Below the pieces are notes generated by a model. It searched no databases, was not told the DNA's origin, and was given only the letters and a program-made list of their open reading frames with translations. Shown one piece after another: positions 1-7,908 of a stretch of 25,365 nucleotides of DNA. The position numbers were made by a program, and so were the translations under genes. The stretch is from positions 1 through 25,365 of IMG/VR virus record IMGVR_UViG_3300005573_001626. One strand, 5' to 3'. Source of the DNA: a virus (lineage: Duplodnaviria; Caudoviricetes). The number at the start of each line of letters is the position of its first letter. The stretch's first letter is position 1.

Positions 1-177
1 GCTGTGGGCCGCCCGGGCCGAAAGCCCAGCGGCGGCCGCCCAGTGCCGGCGGTTGTCCTCGGTGGTCATCGCCGCGTCGTAGCGGGCCCGCAGGGGAAGC
101 GCGGCCCGCCACGAACGCAGGCGACGATTCGGGTGTGTGGCCTTCCCCGGCCACAAAAACCGCATCCATGCCAACAA
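1..177 (-). CDS. Phage portal protein, lambda family, N-terminus (runs off the window edge)
   Basis: Not in the ORF track. Manual translation from TTG at 177 gives MLAWMRFLWPGKATHPNRRLRSWRAALPLRARYDAAMTTEDNRRHWAAAAGLSARAAHS, open to base 1. The 'ARYDAA...RRHW' segment resembles lambda-type portal N-termini. It starts 1 bp after the stop of the upstream small ORF. Confidence 0.75.
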   Translation of the reverse strand, partial: MLAWMRFLWPGKATHPNRRLRSWRAALPLRARYDAAMTTEDNRRHWAAAAGLSARAAHS

Positions 178-178
178 C

Positions 179-376
179 TCAGTTCACCCCCGGCGGAACG
201 AACTTGTTGAACCTCAGACCCCGCTGACGCTGTTTGGCTGCCTCCTTGCTGGCCAGGTAGCGGTCTGCCTCGATCTGCTCCGACAGCGGATGCTGCTTAA
301 CCGACCCGGCGTCACCCGAGACCTCAGCCGGCTTCTGGGCATTCTGGCGGATAGTGTCATCGAGGTTATCGGTCAT
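179..376 (-). CDS. Small phage protein, probable gpW-like head completion / head-tail joining protein
   Basis: 65 aa (MTDNLDDTIRQNAQKPAEVSGDAGSVKQHPLSEQIEADRYL...) with a GGAGA RBS before ATG 376. It lies between terminase and portal, the position of lambda gpW. Function is inferred from synteny. Confidence 0.6.
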   Translation of the reverse strand: MTDNLDDTIRQNAQKPAEVSGDAGSVKQHPLSEQIEADRYLASKEAAKQRQRGLRFNKFVPPGVN

Positions 377-415
377 TCGCTTGGTCTCCGGCAAATGCGA
401 GCTGTGGAAAGCCCC

Positions 416-455
416 CTATGAGTTGACCTACCCGGTGCAAGGCCAAACTGTCGGA
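416..455 (-). promoter_or_regulatory. Copy C of the conserved bipartite promoter-like motif, upstream of the head genes
   Basis: Minus strand reads TCCGACA-N12-ACCGGGTAG-GTCAACTCATAG, with the same spacing as the copies at 18620-18658 and 22492-22530. Confidence 0.6.
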
Positions 456-676
456 GTTTTTCCCCAAAAATCCCGAAAGCGTGCTCCCTCCAGCGATCCC
501 AGCATCCCATCCGATATATTGGCCGGACTTGCTGCCCGCCAGCTGCAGATGCGGTTGCTCGATAGGCGCTACAGGTTCACAGCGCCCTGCCTACCTATCT
601 CTTACATATGCCAATTCTCGGCGATCTGTCGGCTGAATGTCCCCAAAAATCGAACTCGCGCCCCATCGAGCGATCC
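448..676. repeat. Degenerate ~50-bp direct repeat (448-499 and 626-676)
   Basis: Both copies share CTGTCGG...TCCCCAAAAATC...AGCGATCC in the same order and with near-identical spacing. Confidence 0.65.
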
Positions 677-882
677 GGGCCTCCCCTGCGAGGGGCCGGC
701 GCGTAGGTCACCATCCGTCGTCCGCAGTGCCGGCAGACCTTGCGGCGACGGATACGCCCGCTGGGCAAGGATTCGGTGTGTGTCGTGCGGAAGTGGCGGC
801 ACCCGCAGCGTGGGCAGGCGGTGCCGCGCCGGGGTTGGGAGGCTTCGGACCTGGAGCCCGTGGCTTGAGATGCGTCATCCAT
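595..882 (-). CDS. Zinc-ribbon protein (NrdR-N / Ogr-Delta-like), possible late regulator
   Basis: ATG 882 overlaps the end of the terminase gene. Contains CPRCGC-x-RIRRRKVCRHCGRRMVTY, a C4 zinc ribbon. The last ~30 aa run through the duplicated motif and may be a spurious extension. Confidence 0.7.
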   Translation of the reverse strand: MDDASQATGSRSEASQPRRGTACPRCGCRHFRTTHTESLPSGRIRRRKVCRHCGRRMVTYAPAPRRGGPDRSMGREFDFWGHSADRSPRIGICKR

Positions 883-3151
883 GACGGCCTCGCTTTTTCC
901 GCTGAAGCTCGGCGAAGCTGACCCGCCGGCGATCTTGACCAGGCTCGGGGGCCATTCCCGGCAGTGCAACCCCCTGGAGCGATGCCGCGACTGCACACCC
1001 CACCAGGCAGTCCAGCCAGTGATTGTCGCCACCCGACACGCGGAGCTTCCATTCGTCCACCGTCCGTCCGCGGCCTTCGGTGCGGACACGATACTCGGCC
1101 GTCAAATGCTCGGCAAATAGCCGGTGCTGCTCCGGCCGATCACCAAAGAGCGACAGACACCCCCGGTCGCCCATCGCCACGGCCAACCGGGCATAGACGA
1201 ACGACTTCCAGAAGTTCGTGTCGTAGACGCAGTAACGCACAGCCCGACGGCCCTGGACGTTCGGGATACGCCAATTAAAGCCAACCCGGTCGCCAGGCTT
1301 CCGCTGGTAGTCGTTCAAGGGGCGGCTGGAGGCCCCGATGAATCGCCCGTGGCTGGGCATCAGCACGGCGGCATGGGCCGACTGCCGACAGAACTGGTAC
1401 ACCACATCCGTCGATTGACCCCAGTTGGCATCGACGAGGCACCGCTCGATCCGCAAGAGGGCCCCATCGTCTCGGCGGAACTCGCGGCCCAGATAGTCAG
1501 TGGTGAGCTTCTCCAGCCCGGCGTAGATCGCCCCCTCCACACCGGCAACGCCTGTTACCATGGCCAAGGTTCGCCTAGCGTCACGGAGCGTGAAATAGGG
1601 TCGGTCTTGCTTCGGATAGGTCCCGTAGTCGATCACATAGCCGGTAAAATCGTCCTCCCAGGCCGCCACGACGAAAAACAAGAGGTTTTGCTGGACATCG
1701 ATGAACATCGTCAGGTGATTGCACCCGATGGGCACCTCGCCACGACGCAGGCGGTTGATCTTACTGGCGATCTGATCGGCCGTCAGGTCTGCCTCCTGGG
1801 GTGACTCCTCGGGCAAAGGCTCGTTCTGGTACTCGGCCCAGAAGGCCCGCTCATCCTGGAGCTTCAGGTTCATGGCGTGTTGGACGGCCGAGAGCTCGTC
1901 GTGGTTGTAGCGCTCCGGCCAGGCAACGATCGCCCCCTCGTCCATCGCCTCGCGGTTCTGCCGGTAAAACTCGGTCGCCTCTTCGCCGTGGCCTCCCCGC
2001 CGAAAGCTCTCGGCCCGCAGCTCGGCATACTTCTGCCACAGCTTCTCATTGGTCGGAAACGCATAAATGAGTTTGGTTCGTTCGCCATTCCATTCCGGAT
2101 GTTTGTCCCGGTTCAAAATGTTGTCAGCCATGTCGCCCGGTCGAATCACCGTGCAGGGCATGATGCCGCTGATCTTCTTGCCCGGCCCGGCCAGGCCCAA
2201 GACAGCACCCGCCAGGATGCTCTCGCGGGTGGCACACTGGGAGAGGCTCCGGGCACTCTCGTCGGTCTGCGGGTCATCCAGCACCACCAGGCTGGGACGC
2301 ACCGTCTTCCCGTCCGCCCGCTTGTACTTCATCCCGCGAATACGGCCCGTGAGGCCCGCCACCTTGATGATCGCCCCACTGGCCTTGCTCCCGGGAATGG
2401 TGGGCAGGACGATCTCCCGGGCCGTCCAGCCGATATGGGTCCGTTGGCCCCGATAGAGCTGCCCGGCACAGCGGTTGGCAATGCCCTCCAGGCAATGGAT
2501 CGGGTAGACCACCTCGGGAAAGTCCTCCAAGAGCAGTTCGTTGCCGTCCAGTTCCATCTTGATCGACTCGAGCATGTCCATGGCGTGGCCCTCGTCCGAG
2601 CCGATCAGGCAGACGAACTCCCGGTGGCCGTAGAGCACGGCCCAGATACAGGCGGCCTCGCACAGACTGCTCTTGCCGAATCCCCGCGGGGTGGCCATCG
2701 CAAACAGTCCGCCCCGCAAGACGGCCTGCTCAATCTTGGCCATGACCTTCAAGTGATCCGGCGACCACGGCAGATGGAAGGTCATCGGGAAGTAGGCTTC
2801 GCAGAAGGAGCGAAAGTTCTGTTCGGCCTTCGCCTTCCGCTCCGGGTTGACGACTCCCGGCAGCTCGCCGATGTCGCGGCCGGCCAGCGACAGGGCCTTA
2901 TTGCGGGCCGCTGCCCGCTCCTTGAGCTTCTCGTAGGGGTCGCCGTCGGGCGCTCGTCTCGGCGTGTGCCGCAGTTCCACCAGCCAGGCCGCGTAGCGGA
3001 AGAGGTCGACATGCCGCCCGTCGCCGATGCGAAAGCCCGCTCGGGTGCGGTGCCGATGCAACTGCCGCTCATCCAGGACCGTGCCCAGCGGTGTGGAGTT
3101 GACCAGCCGGCACAGCTCGCTGGGCCGAAGTCGCCTGGGGTCAATCGCCAC
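875..3151 (-). CDS. Phage terminase large subunit, GpA-like, with an N-terminal HTH-like extension
   Basis: 758 aa. Walker A (TPRGFGKSS), Walker B (LVVLDDPQ) and C-terminal nuclease motifs (MFIDVQ; DNHWLDCLVG). Lies upstream of the portal gene. Confidence 0.9.
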   Translation of the reverse strand: MAIDPRRLRPSELCRLVNSTPLGTVLDERQLHRHRTRAGFRIGDGRHVDLFRYAAWLVELRHTPRRAPDGDPYEKLKERAAARNKALSLAGRDIGELPGVVNPERKAKAEQNFRSFCEAYFPMTFHLPWSPDHLKVMAKIEQAVLRGGLFAMATPRGFGKSSLCEAACIWAVLYGHREFVCLIGSDEGHAMDMLESIKMELDGNELLLEDFPEVVYPIHCLEGIANRCAGQLYRGQRTHIGWTAREIVLPTIPGSKASGAIIKVAGLTGRIRGMKYKRADGKTVRPSLVVLDDPQTDESARSLSQCATRESILAGAVLGLAGPGKKISGIMPCTVIRPGDMADNILNRDKHPEWNGERTKLIYAFPTNEKLWQKYAELRAESFRRGGHGEEATEFYRQNREAMDEGAIVAWPERYNHDELSAVQHAMNLKLQDERAFWAEYQNEPLPEESPQEADLTADQIASKINRLRRGEVPIGCNHLTMFIDVQQNLLFFVVAAWEDDFTGYVIDYGTYPKQDRPYFTLRDARRTLAMVTGVAGVEGAIYAGLEKLTTDYLGREFRRDDGALLRIERCLVDANWGQSTDVVYQFCRQSAHAAVLMPSHGRFIGASSRPLNDYQRKPGDRVGFNWRIPNVQGRRAVRYCVYDTNFWKSFVYARLAVAMGDRGCLSLFGDRPEQHRLFAEHLTAEYRVRTEGRGRTVDEWKLRVSGGDNHWLDCLVGCAVAASLQGVALPGMAPEPGQDRRRVSFAELQRKKRGRHG

Positions 3152-3365
3152 GACCAGCCTCCTTCAAAAGCCACGCCACGTAATGGACTAGATTCATGGT
3201 GCCATCGACGTTGCTCGGGGCCCCCGCAGCGATGTCCGCTTGGAGCATTTCCATGGTGACCGCCTTCGGGCCAGCGGCCGACAAGAGCCGGGCCATGTCT
3301 TCCAGCCGCAAAGCCTGGGGGTTGAGTGGGCCACTTGGCCGTCCTGGGGCATTACTTTCCGTCAT
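3141..3365 (-). CDS. Small winged-HTH-like protein, candidate minimal terminase small subunit (Nu1-like DNA-binding domain)
   Basis: 74 aa overlapping the TerL start. The pattern GAPSNVDGTMNLVHYVAWL recalls the gpNu1 N-terminal domain and aligns with TerL residues ~3-60. Confidence 0.6.
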   Translation of the reverse strand: MTESNAPGRPSGPLNPQALRLEDMARLLSAAGPKAVTMEMLQADIAAGAPSNVDGTMNLVHYVAWLLKEAGRGD

Positions 3366-3404
3366 CCGGTGCTACGCCTCCGCACAGAAGTATTCCGCAA
3401 ATTT

Positions 3405-3503
3405 CATCTCCAAGTGTGGTGGGGACTCCCTGGCGAAAAAATCCCATCCGGCAAGCGGGAAATCCGCTTGATCTTTTCGCGAGTTCATGGCTCCTGTGTG
3501 ATG
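3405..3503 (+). repeat. Copy 1 of a ~100-bp direct repeat; putative promoter/leader of the HARE-HTH gene
   Basis: About 88% identical by manual alignment to 4267-4366. Contains the palindrome CAAGCGG-GAAAT-CCGCTTG (3452-3470) overlapping a TTGATC -35-like hexamer. Confidence 0.9.
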
Positions 3504-3548
3504 ACGTGAGGATCGATCCCCAATCCACCTGAGAAAAGGAGCGACGCT

Positions 3549-4076
3549 GTGAAACGCAACGCCATTCAGATCGGCAAGGTCTACCTGGCGGAGGTGAGCG
3601 GCAGGCTCACCTCCGTCCGCATCGACAATGCGAACCCGTACGGCGGCTGGGACGCCACGAACCTGGCCACGGGCAAGAAGGTCCGCATCAAGAGCGCCCG
3701 ACGCCTGCGGGGCGAGGCGGACTCGCCCCGAGCTGCGGTTTGCAATGATGCCGTGCTCCCCACCATGGCGACGGTCAAGGAAGATCCCGCGGCCGTCACC
3801 AAGTCGGACGGCGGCGAAACGAAGCCAGTTCAAGCCGAAGCCAAACCGAAGAGGATGGGCGTCCTGGACGCCGCCGCGCGGGTACTGGAAGAGGCGGGCC
3901 AACCGATGACGGCCAAGGAAATCGTCTCGATGGCCGAGGCCAAGGGCTACTGGAAGTCGCCTACCGGCAAAACGCCCGACCGGACCCTTTACGCAGCCCT
4001 CGTTCGGGAAATCGCCACTCAGGGAAGCAAGTCCCGCTTCCGCAAGGTAGAGCGGGGCAAGTTCGCCAGGGCATAA
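3549..4076 (+). CDS. Winged-helix protein, HARE-HTH-like C-terminal domain, with a small beta-rich N-terminal domain
   Basis: C-terminus [21 protein letters not shown]...[24 protein letters not shown]...[11 protein letters not shown] is typical of HARE-HTH. AAGGAG RBS before the GTG start. Confidence 0.8.
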   Translation: MKRNAIQIGKVYLAEVSGRLTSVRIDNANPYGGWDATNLATGKKVRIKSARRLRGEADSPRAAVCNDAVLPTMATVKEDPAAVTKSDGGETKPVQAEAKPKRMGVLDAAARVLEEAGQPMTAKEIVSMAEAKGYWKSPTGKTPDRTLYAALVREIATQGSKSRFRKVERGKFARA

Positions 4077-4103
4077 CGCCCAACACGCCTGCCTTCCTGG
4101 GCC

Positions 4104-4134
4104 AACCCTGGGCCGCGTCCCGGGGTTTTCTTTT
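4104..4134 (+). terminator. Intrinsic terminator after the HARE-HTH gene
   Basis: AACCCTGGG-CCGCGT-CCCGGGGTT stem (one G-U pair) followed by TTCTTTT. Confidence 0.7.
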
Positions 4135-4266
4135 AGCTTTGGCCACCAGCCGCCATTTGGCGCCGGTATCGCCACACGTGGCCGCTGTGGGCCCACAGTG
4201 GCCAAGCCAGTGCAATCTCGTGAACCAGCAATACCCTCCCGTGGCGGCCTACCGTTCCAACTAGGC

Positions 4267-4366
4267 CATCCCCAAGCGTGGTAGGGAACTCCCCGGCCAA
4301 AAAATCCGATCCGGCAAGCGGGAAATCGGCTTGATCTTTTCCCGAGTTCATGGCTTAAGTGTGATG
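4267..4366 (+). repeat. Copy 2 of the ~100-bp direct repeat; putative promoter/leader of the amidoligase operon
   Basis: Aligns with 3405-3503 with 11 mismatches and 1 gap. Ends 34 bp before ATG 4401. Confidence 0.9.
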
Positions 4367-4400
4367 TACGCACGAACATCACACTAGCGAGGGAAAAGCC

Positions 4401-5252
4401 ATGAACGCCCACGACCTGACCTTCGGAATCGAGATCGAAACGATCGCCCCGGATAGCGCCGTCCGCAACGACCGCCTCCGCATCGGCCCGTATAAGCGCG
4501 GAATCCAAGTTCCCTACCTTCCCGCCGGCTGGAAGGCCGAGGCCGACGGCTCGATCGACAACAGCAACGGGGGTCACAGGTGCGAAATCGTTAGCCCCGT
4601 CCTCCGCGGCGAAGAAGGCATCCGCCAGGTGATCGAGGTCCTCCGCACGCTGGAAGCCAAAGGCCATCGGGTCAACGTGAGCTGCGGCGTCCACGTCCAC
4701 GTCGGTTGGAACCGCGATTGGCCCAGCGAGGCCCTGGCCCGCTTGGTCACCATCGTCGCCTACCTGGAGAAGGGCCTTTACGCCATCACCGGCACCAAGA
4801 ACCGCGAGCGGGGCCGGTATTGCGGCGGGGTACGGAAGTACGGCAGCGACAAGGACGCCAAGCCCGCCCTGGACCGCGATCGCTACCACGCCTTGAACCT
4901 CACCAACCTCGCCCGCGGCACCAAGGACACGGTCGAGTTCCGCGTCTTCTCCGGCTCGCTCAACCCCACCAAGGTCGTCGGCTGGATTCAGGTCTGCCTG
5001 GGGCTGGTCGAGCGGGCCCTGACGGCCAAGCGGATGCCGACCTGGAACCCCAAGGCCCCCACAGGGGGCTGGAAGAAGTCGGGCCCGGGCCAGAGCGAGA
5101 CGGAACGCCTCCTGGGCTACTTGGCCTGGGGAAAAGGCTACGCCCGGATTCACGGGGGCAAGCAGTACGGATGGATTTCGGACGCCATCCCCCAAGACCA
5201 GATCAAGGCCGAGTTCCGCCGCCTGGCCAAGAAGTACGACGCCATGCCCTAA
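4401..5252 (+). CDS. Putative amidoligase (COOH-NH2 ligase, amidoligase_2-like)
   Basis: Motifs TFGIEIE, DGSI, CEIVSPVL, SCGVHVHVG, RYHALNL and TVEFRVFSGSL. Confidence 0.88.
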   Translation: MNAHDLTFGIEIETIAPDSAVRNDRLRIGPYKRGIQVPYLPAGWKAEADGSIDNSNGGHRCEIVSPVLRGEEGIRQVIEVLRTLEAKGHRVNVSCGVHVHVGWNRDWPSEALARLVTIVAYLEKGLYAITGTKNRERGRYCGGVRKYGSDKDAKPALDRDRYHALNLTNLARGTKDTVEFRVFSGSLNPTKVVGWIQVCLGLVERALTAKRMPTWNPKAPTGGWKKSGPGQSETERLLGYLAWGKGYARIHGGKQYGWISDAIPQDQIKAEFRRLAKKYDAMP

Positions 5253-5285
5253 AACGCAAACCGCCAGTAAGAAAGGCCATCCACC

Positions 5286-5945
5286 ATGTGCGGCATCTTT
5301 GGATTCTTGAGTACCAACGGACGCGGCCCCGATCTGGCCTGCCTCCGCCGGATCGCCGCCGAGACGGAGACCCGTGGCCGCCACGCCTTCGGCCTGGCGT
5401 GGATCGACGTCGAGGGGGAGCTTCGGACCTTCAAGCGCCCGGGCGCAGCCACGGCCTGCCTGGACGACCTGGACGCTTGTCGCCACGCGGTGGCCGTGGT
5501 GGGCCATTGCCGCTGGGCCACCCATGGCGATCCCCAGGACAACCGCAACAACCATCCCCACCCGGCCGGCCGCGGCTGGCTGGTCCACAACGGCGTCGTC
5601 CGCAACTACGCCGAGCTTCTGCGCCGCTACGGCCTGCGGCCCAGGACCGCCTGCGACAGCGAGGTGCTGGGACTGCTCATGATGCGCCGGGCCGGGCCGC
5701 TCGTGGAGCGGGCCGCCTGGGCCGTGGCCCAAACGGAAGGCCCCTTGGCCTTGCTCGGCCTGTGGGGCGATCCCGTGCGGCTGTTGGTCGTCCGCCGGGG
5801 CAACCCGCTCTGCTTCTCCGAAACGCCCGGCGGACTCTACTTCGCCAGCCTGCCCGCAGGGCTTCCAGGCAAGGTGTTCTCGGTTGCTGACAACCATGTG
5901 AGTGTGATTCAGTCGAAAAGGATCACCATCCGCCATCTTCGCTAG
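5286..5945 (+). CDS. Class II (Ntn-hydrolase) glutamine amidotransferase
   Basis: N-terminal MCGIFG (catalytic Cys2), RGRHAFG, GHCRWATHG, NNHPH, VHNGVV and CDSE. Confidence 0.9.
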   Translation: MCGIFGFLSTNGRGPDLACLRRIAAETETRGRHAFGLAWIDVEGELRTFKRPGAATACLDDLDACRHAVAVVGHCRWATHGDPQDNRNNHPHPAGRGWLVHNGVVRNYAELLRRYGLRPRTACDSEVLGLLMMRRAGPLVERAAWAVAQTEGPLALLGLWGDPVRLLVVRRGNPLCFSETPGGLYFASLPAGLPGKVFSVADNHVSVIQSKRITIRHLR

Positions 5946-6073
5946 CCTATTCTCTGTAGCACGCCACCAAATCGCCAATTTTGGCCCACAAAACGCACGC
6001 AACACTCTTTACCTATTTCTTCTCGCGCCAGTAGCGCGATCGCGTCTAAAACGATCCTATGCCCCTAAAACGG

Positions 6074-6451
6074 CTAATGGCAGTCTGGGTTAGAGCAGCA
6101 ATACTGGTAAGCACTGGCCGGGTTATGATATTCGGTGCTGACAAAGCGAACCGGTTTCCCCATCGCTTGGGCGATGGCCACTTCGGCCTGCACGCCCCGA
6201 CTGTCCTCCCAGCCATCGAGCATAAGCACCCAAAGCTCGTCGCAAGCGGCCAAGAGCCGCCGATCGTGCCGCTCCCAGTAGCCCCAATCCAAGGGCAAGC
6301 CGTGCTGGGCAATCCCGTGACTGTGGGCAATCGGCGAGAACACCACATACCCTTGCCGGATGAGTTCCGCCGCCGCGCGACAGACGGCCTCGAAACGCTC
6401 TTGCCGCACGGCCGGGTCAGGGTGCGAATATGGACTGGCAAGATAAATCAT
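6074..6451 (-). CDS. DUF1937-like protein (nucleoside 2-deoxyribosyltransferase-like fold)
   Basis: MIYLASPYSH...FSPIAHSH...CDELWVLMLDGWEDSRGVQAE. ATGA overlap with the upstream methyltransferase. Confidence 0.8.
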   Translation of the reverse strand: MIYLASPYSHPDPAVRQERFEAVCRAAAELIRQGYVVFSPIAHSHGIAQHGLPLDWGYWERHDRRLLAACDELWVLMLDGWEDSRGVQAEVAIAQAMGKPVRFVSTEYHNPASAYQYCCSNPDCH

Positions 6452-7791
6452 GCGTTCGCCTCCCGTTCGGCAGGTATTCGTTGGGCCTTCTTACCAGTAA
6501 AGTTTTCGAATCGCTGAACGATCACGTCTACGTAGAGCGGATCGAGTTCCATCAGGAACGCCCGCCGCCCCGTCTGCTCGGCGGCGATGAGTGTGCTGCC
6601 CGAGCCGCCGAACAGATCAAGCACATTCTCGCCAGGAAGCGATGAGTATTGCATGGCACGTATCGCCAGCTCGACCGGCTTCTCGGTCAAGTGGATCATG
6701 TTCTGCGGATTCACCTTCTTGACGTGCCACAGATCGGGCACGTTATTGGGTCCGAAGAAGCGGTGGGCCGCCCCTTCCCTCCAACCGTAGAACGCAAGCT
6801 CAAAACACCCAAGAAAATCTTTTCGCGTCAACACGGGATGCTGTTTGTCCCACACGATGCCTTGGGAGAAGTAGAGCTTGTGCTCCCCCAGTACCGGCGG
6901 GTAGTTGCCCAGATTCGCATAGCCGCCCCAAATGTAAAAGGCGTGTCCAGGCAGGAGCACTCGGGATATCTGGCCGAACCAGGCGTGGAGGAGCCGATTG
7001 AACTCCTCGTCGGAAACGAAGTCGTTCTCCAGCGGCCGGTCCTTGGCGCGGAGTTTGCGATGAGTCGGTTTGGCTTTTTCCGGATGGCGAGCAACGTCCA
7101 TCGCTTGGTGGTGCCCGCGCTTCCGACCACCTTGAAGCTCTTCGGCGGAAGGATACGAACTCAGGCCGGCGGCGATGGCGTTGTTGCTCCGGGGCTCGAC
7201 CCGCACATTGTACGGCGGGTCGGTGTTCACAAGATGCACCGGGTTGCCATCCAAAAGCCGGTCCACGTCTTCCGTCTTGCCCGCGTCGCCACACAGCAGC
7301 CGATGCTCGCCCAGAATCCACAGATCGCCGGGCCGGGTGATCGGCTCGTCGGGCGGCTCGGGCACCTCGTCGGGATCGCACAGGCCTTCTTTGACGCCCG
7401 GATCGAGCAGTTTGGCCAGCTCCTCTTCGGAAAAGCCCAGCAAGTTCAGGTCGTAATTCATCCCCGCAAGCTCGCCCAGCTCGATGGGCAGAAGCTCGTA
7501 GTTCCACTCGGCCAGCTCGGCCGTCTTGTTGTCGGCAATCCGGTAGGCCTTGACCTGCTCGGGCGACAGATCGGTGGCCACGTGGACGGGGACCTTTTCC
7601 AGGCCCAGCCTCTGCGCGGCCTTCCAGCGGGTGTGGCCGACGATGATCACCCCCTCGGCATCCACCACGAGTGGTTGCTTGAAGCCATACTCCCGGATTG
7701 AGCGGGCCACGGCCTCCACGGCCTGGTCGTTCTGGCGGGGGTTCTTGTCGTAGGGCCGGATGCGGCCCAGTTCCCAAAGCTCGATCTTCAC
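6448..7791 (-). CDS. ParB/Srx-N domain fused to an N6/N4 DNA methyltransferase (beta class)
   Basis: N-terminal NPR...SIREYGFKQPLVVD...IIVGHTRWKAA; catalytic DPPY precedes the SAM-binding VLDLFGGSGST; HLTEKP. AGGAGG RBS before the GTG start. Confidence 0.92.
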   Translation of the reverse strand: MKIELWELGRIRPYDKNPRQNDQAVEAVARSIREYGFKQPLVVDAEGVIIVGHTRWKAAQRLGLEKVPVHVATDLSPEQVKAYRIADNKTAELAEWNYELLPIELGELAGMNYDLNLLGFSEEELAKLLDPGVKEGLCDPDEVPEPPDEPITRPGDLWILGEHRLLCGDAGKTEDVDRLLDGNPVHLVNTDPPYNVRVEPRSNNAIAAGLSSYPSAEELQGGRKRGHHQAMDVARHPEKAKPTHRKLRAKDRPLENDFVSDEEFNRLLHAWFGQISRVLLPGHAFYIWGGYANLGNYPPVLGEHKLYFSQGIVWDKQHPVLTRKDFLGCFELAFYGWREGAAHRFFGPNNVPDLWHVKKVNPQNMIHLTEKPVELAIRAMQYSSLPGENVLDLFGGSGSTLIAAEQTGRRAFLMELDPLYVDVIVQRFENFTGKKAQRIPAEREANA

Positions 7792-7883
7792 GACGTCTCA
7801 CCTCCTTGAGAAAGTTCGGACCATGAAAACAAACTCTCGTTAGCTTCGCTGGCGTTCCCGCACGCCTCTCGAGGGGGGATTGG

Positions 7884-7896
7884 CCGGGAAGTACCT
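7884..7896 (-). other. cosQ-like motif, candidate packaging-site region
   Basis: Minus strand AGGTACTTCCCGG matches 10 of 13 positions of lambda GGGTCCTTTCCGG (cosQ and flank, recalled from memory). Intergenic, at the start of the packaging-side genes. Confidence 0.35.
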
Positions 7897-7908
7897 ATGG
7901 TCACCAGA

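Noticed and set aside
4186-4199. 14-bp palindrome CTGTGGGCCCACAG
   Set aside because: Single GC-rich occurrence with no second copy or supporting context.
3372-6005. 877-aa minus-strand ORF spanning the moron cassette
   Set aside because: Antisense shadow of three well-supported plus-strand genes in high-GC DNA. It has no motifs and crosses both non-coding repeats.
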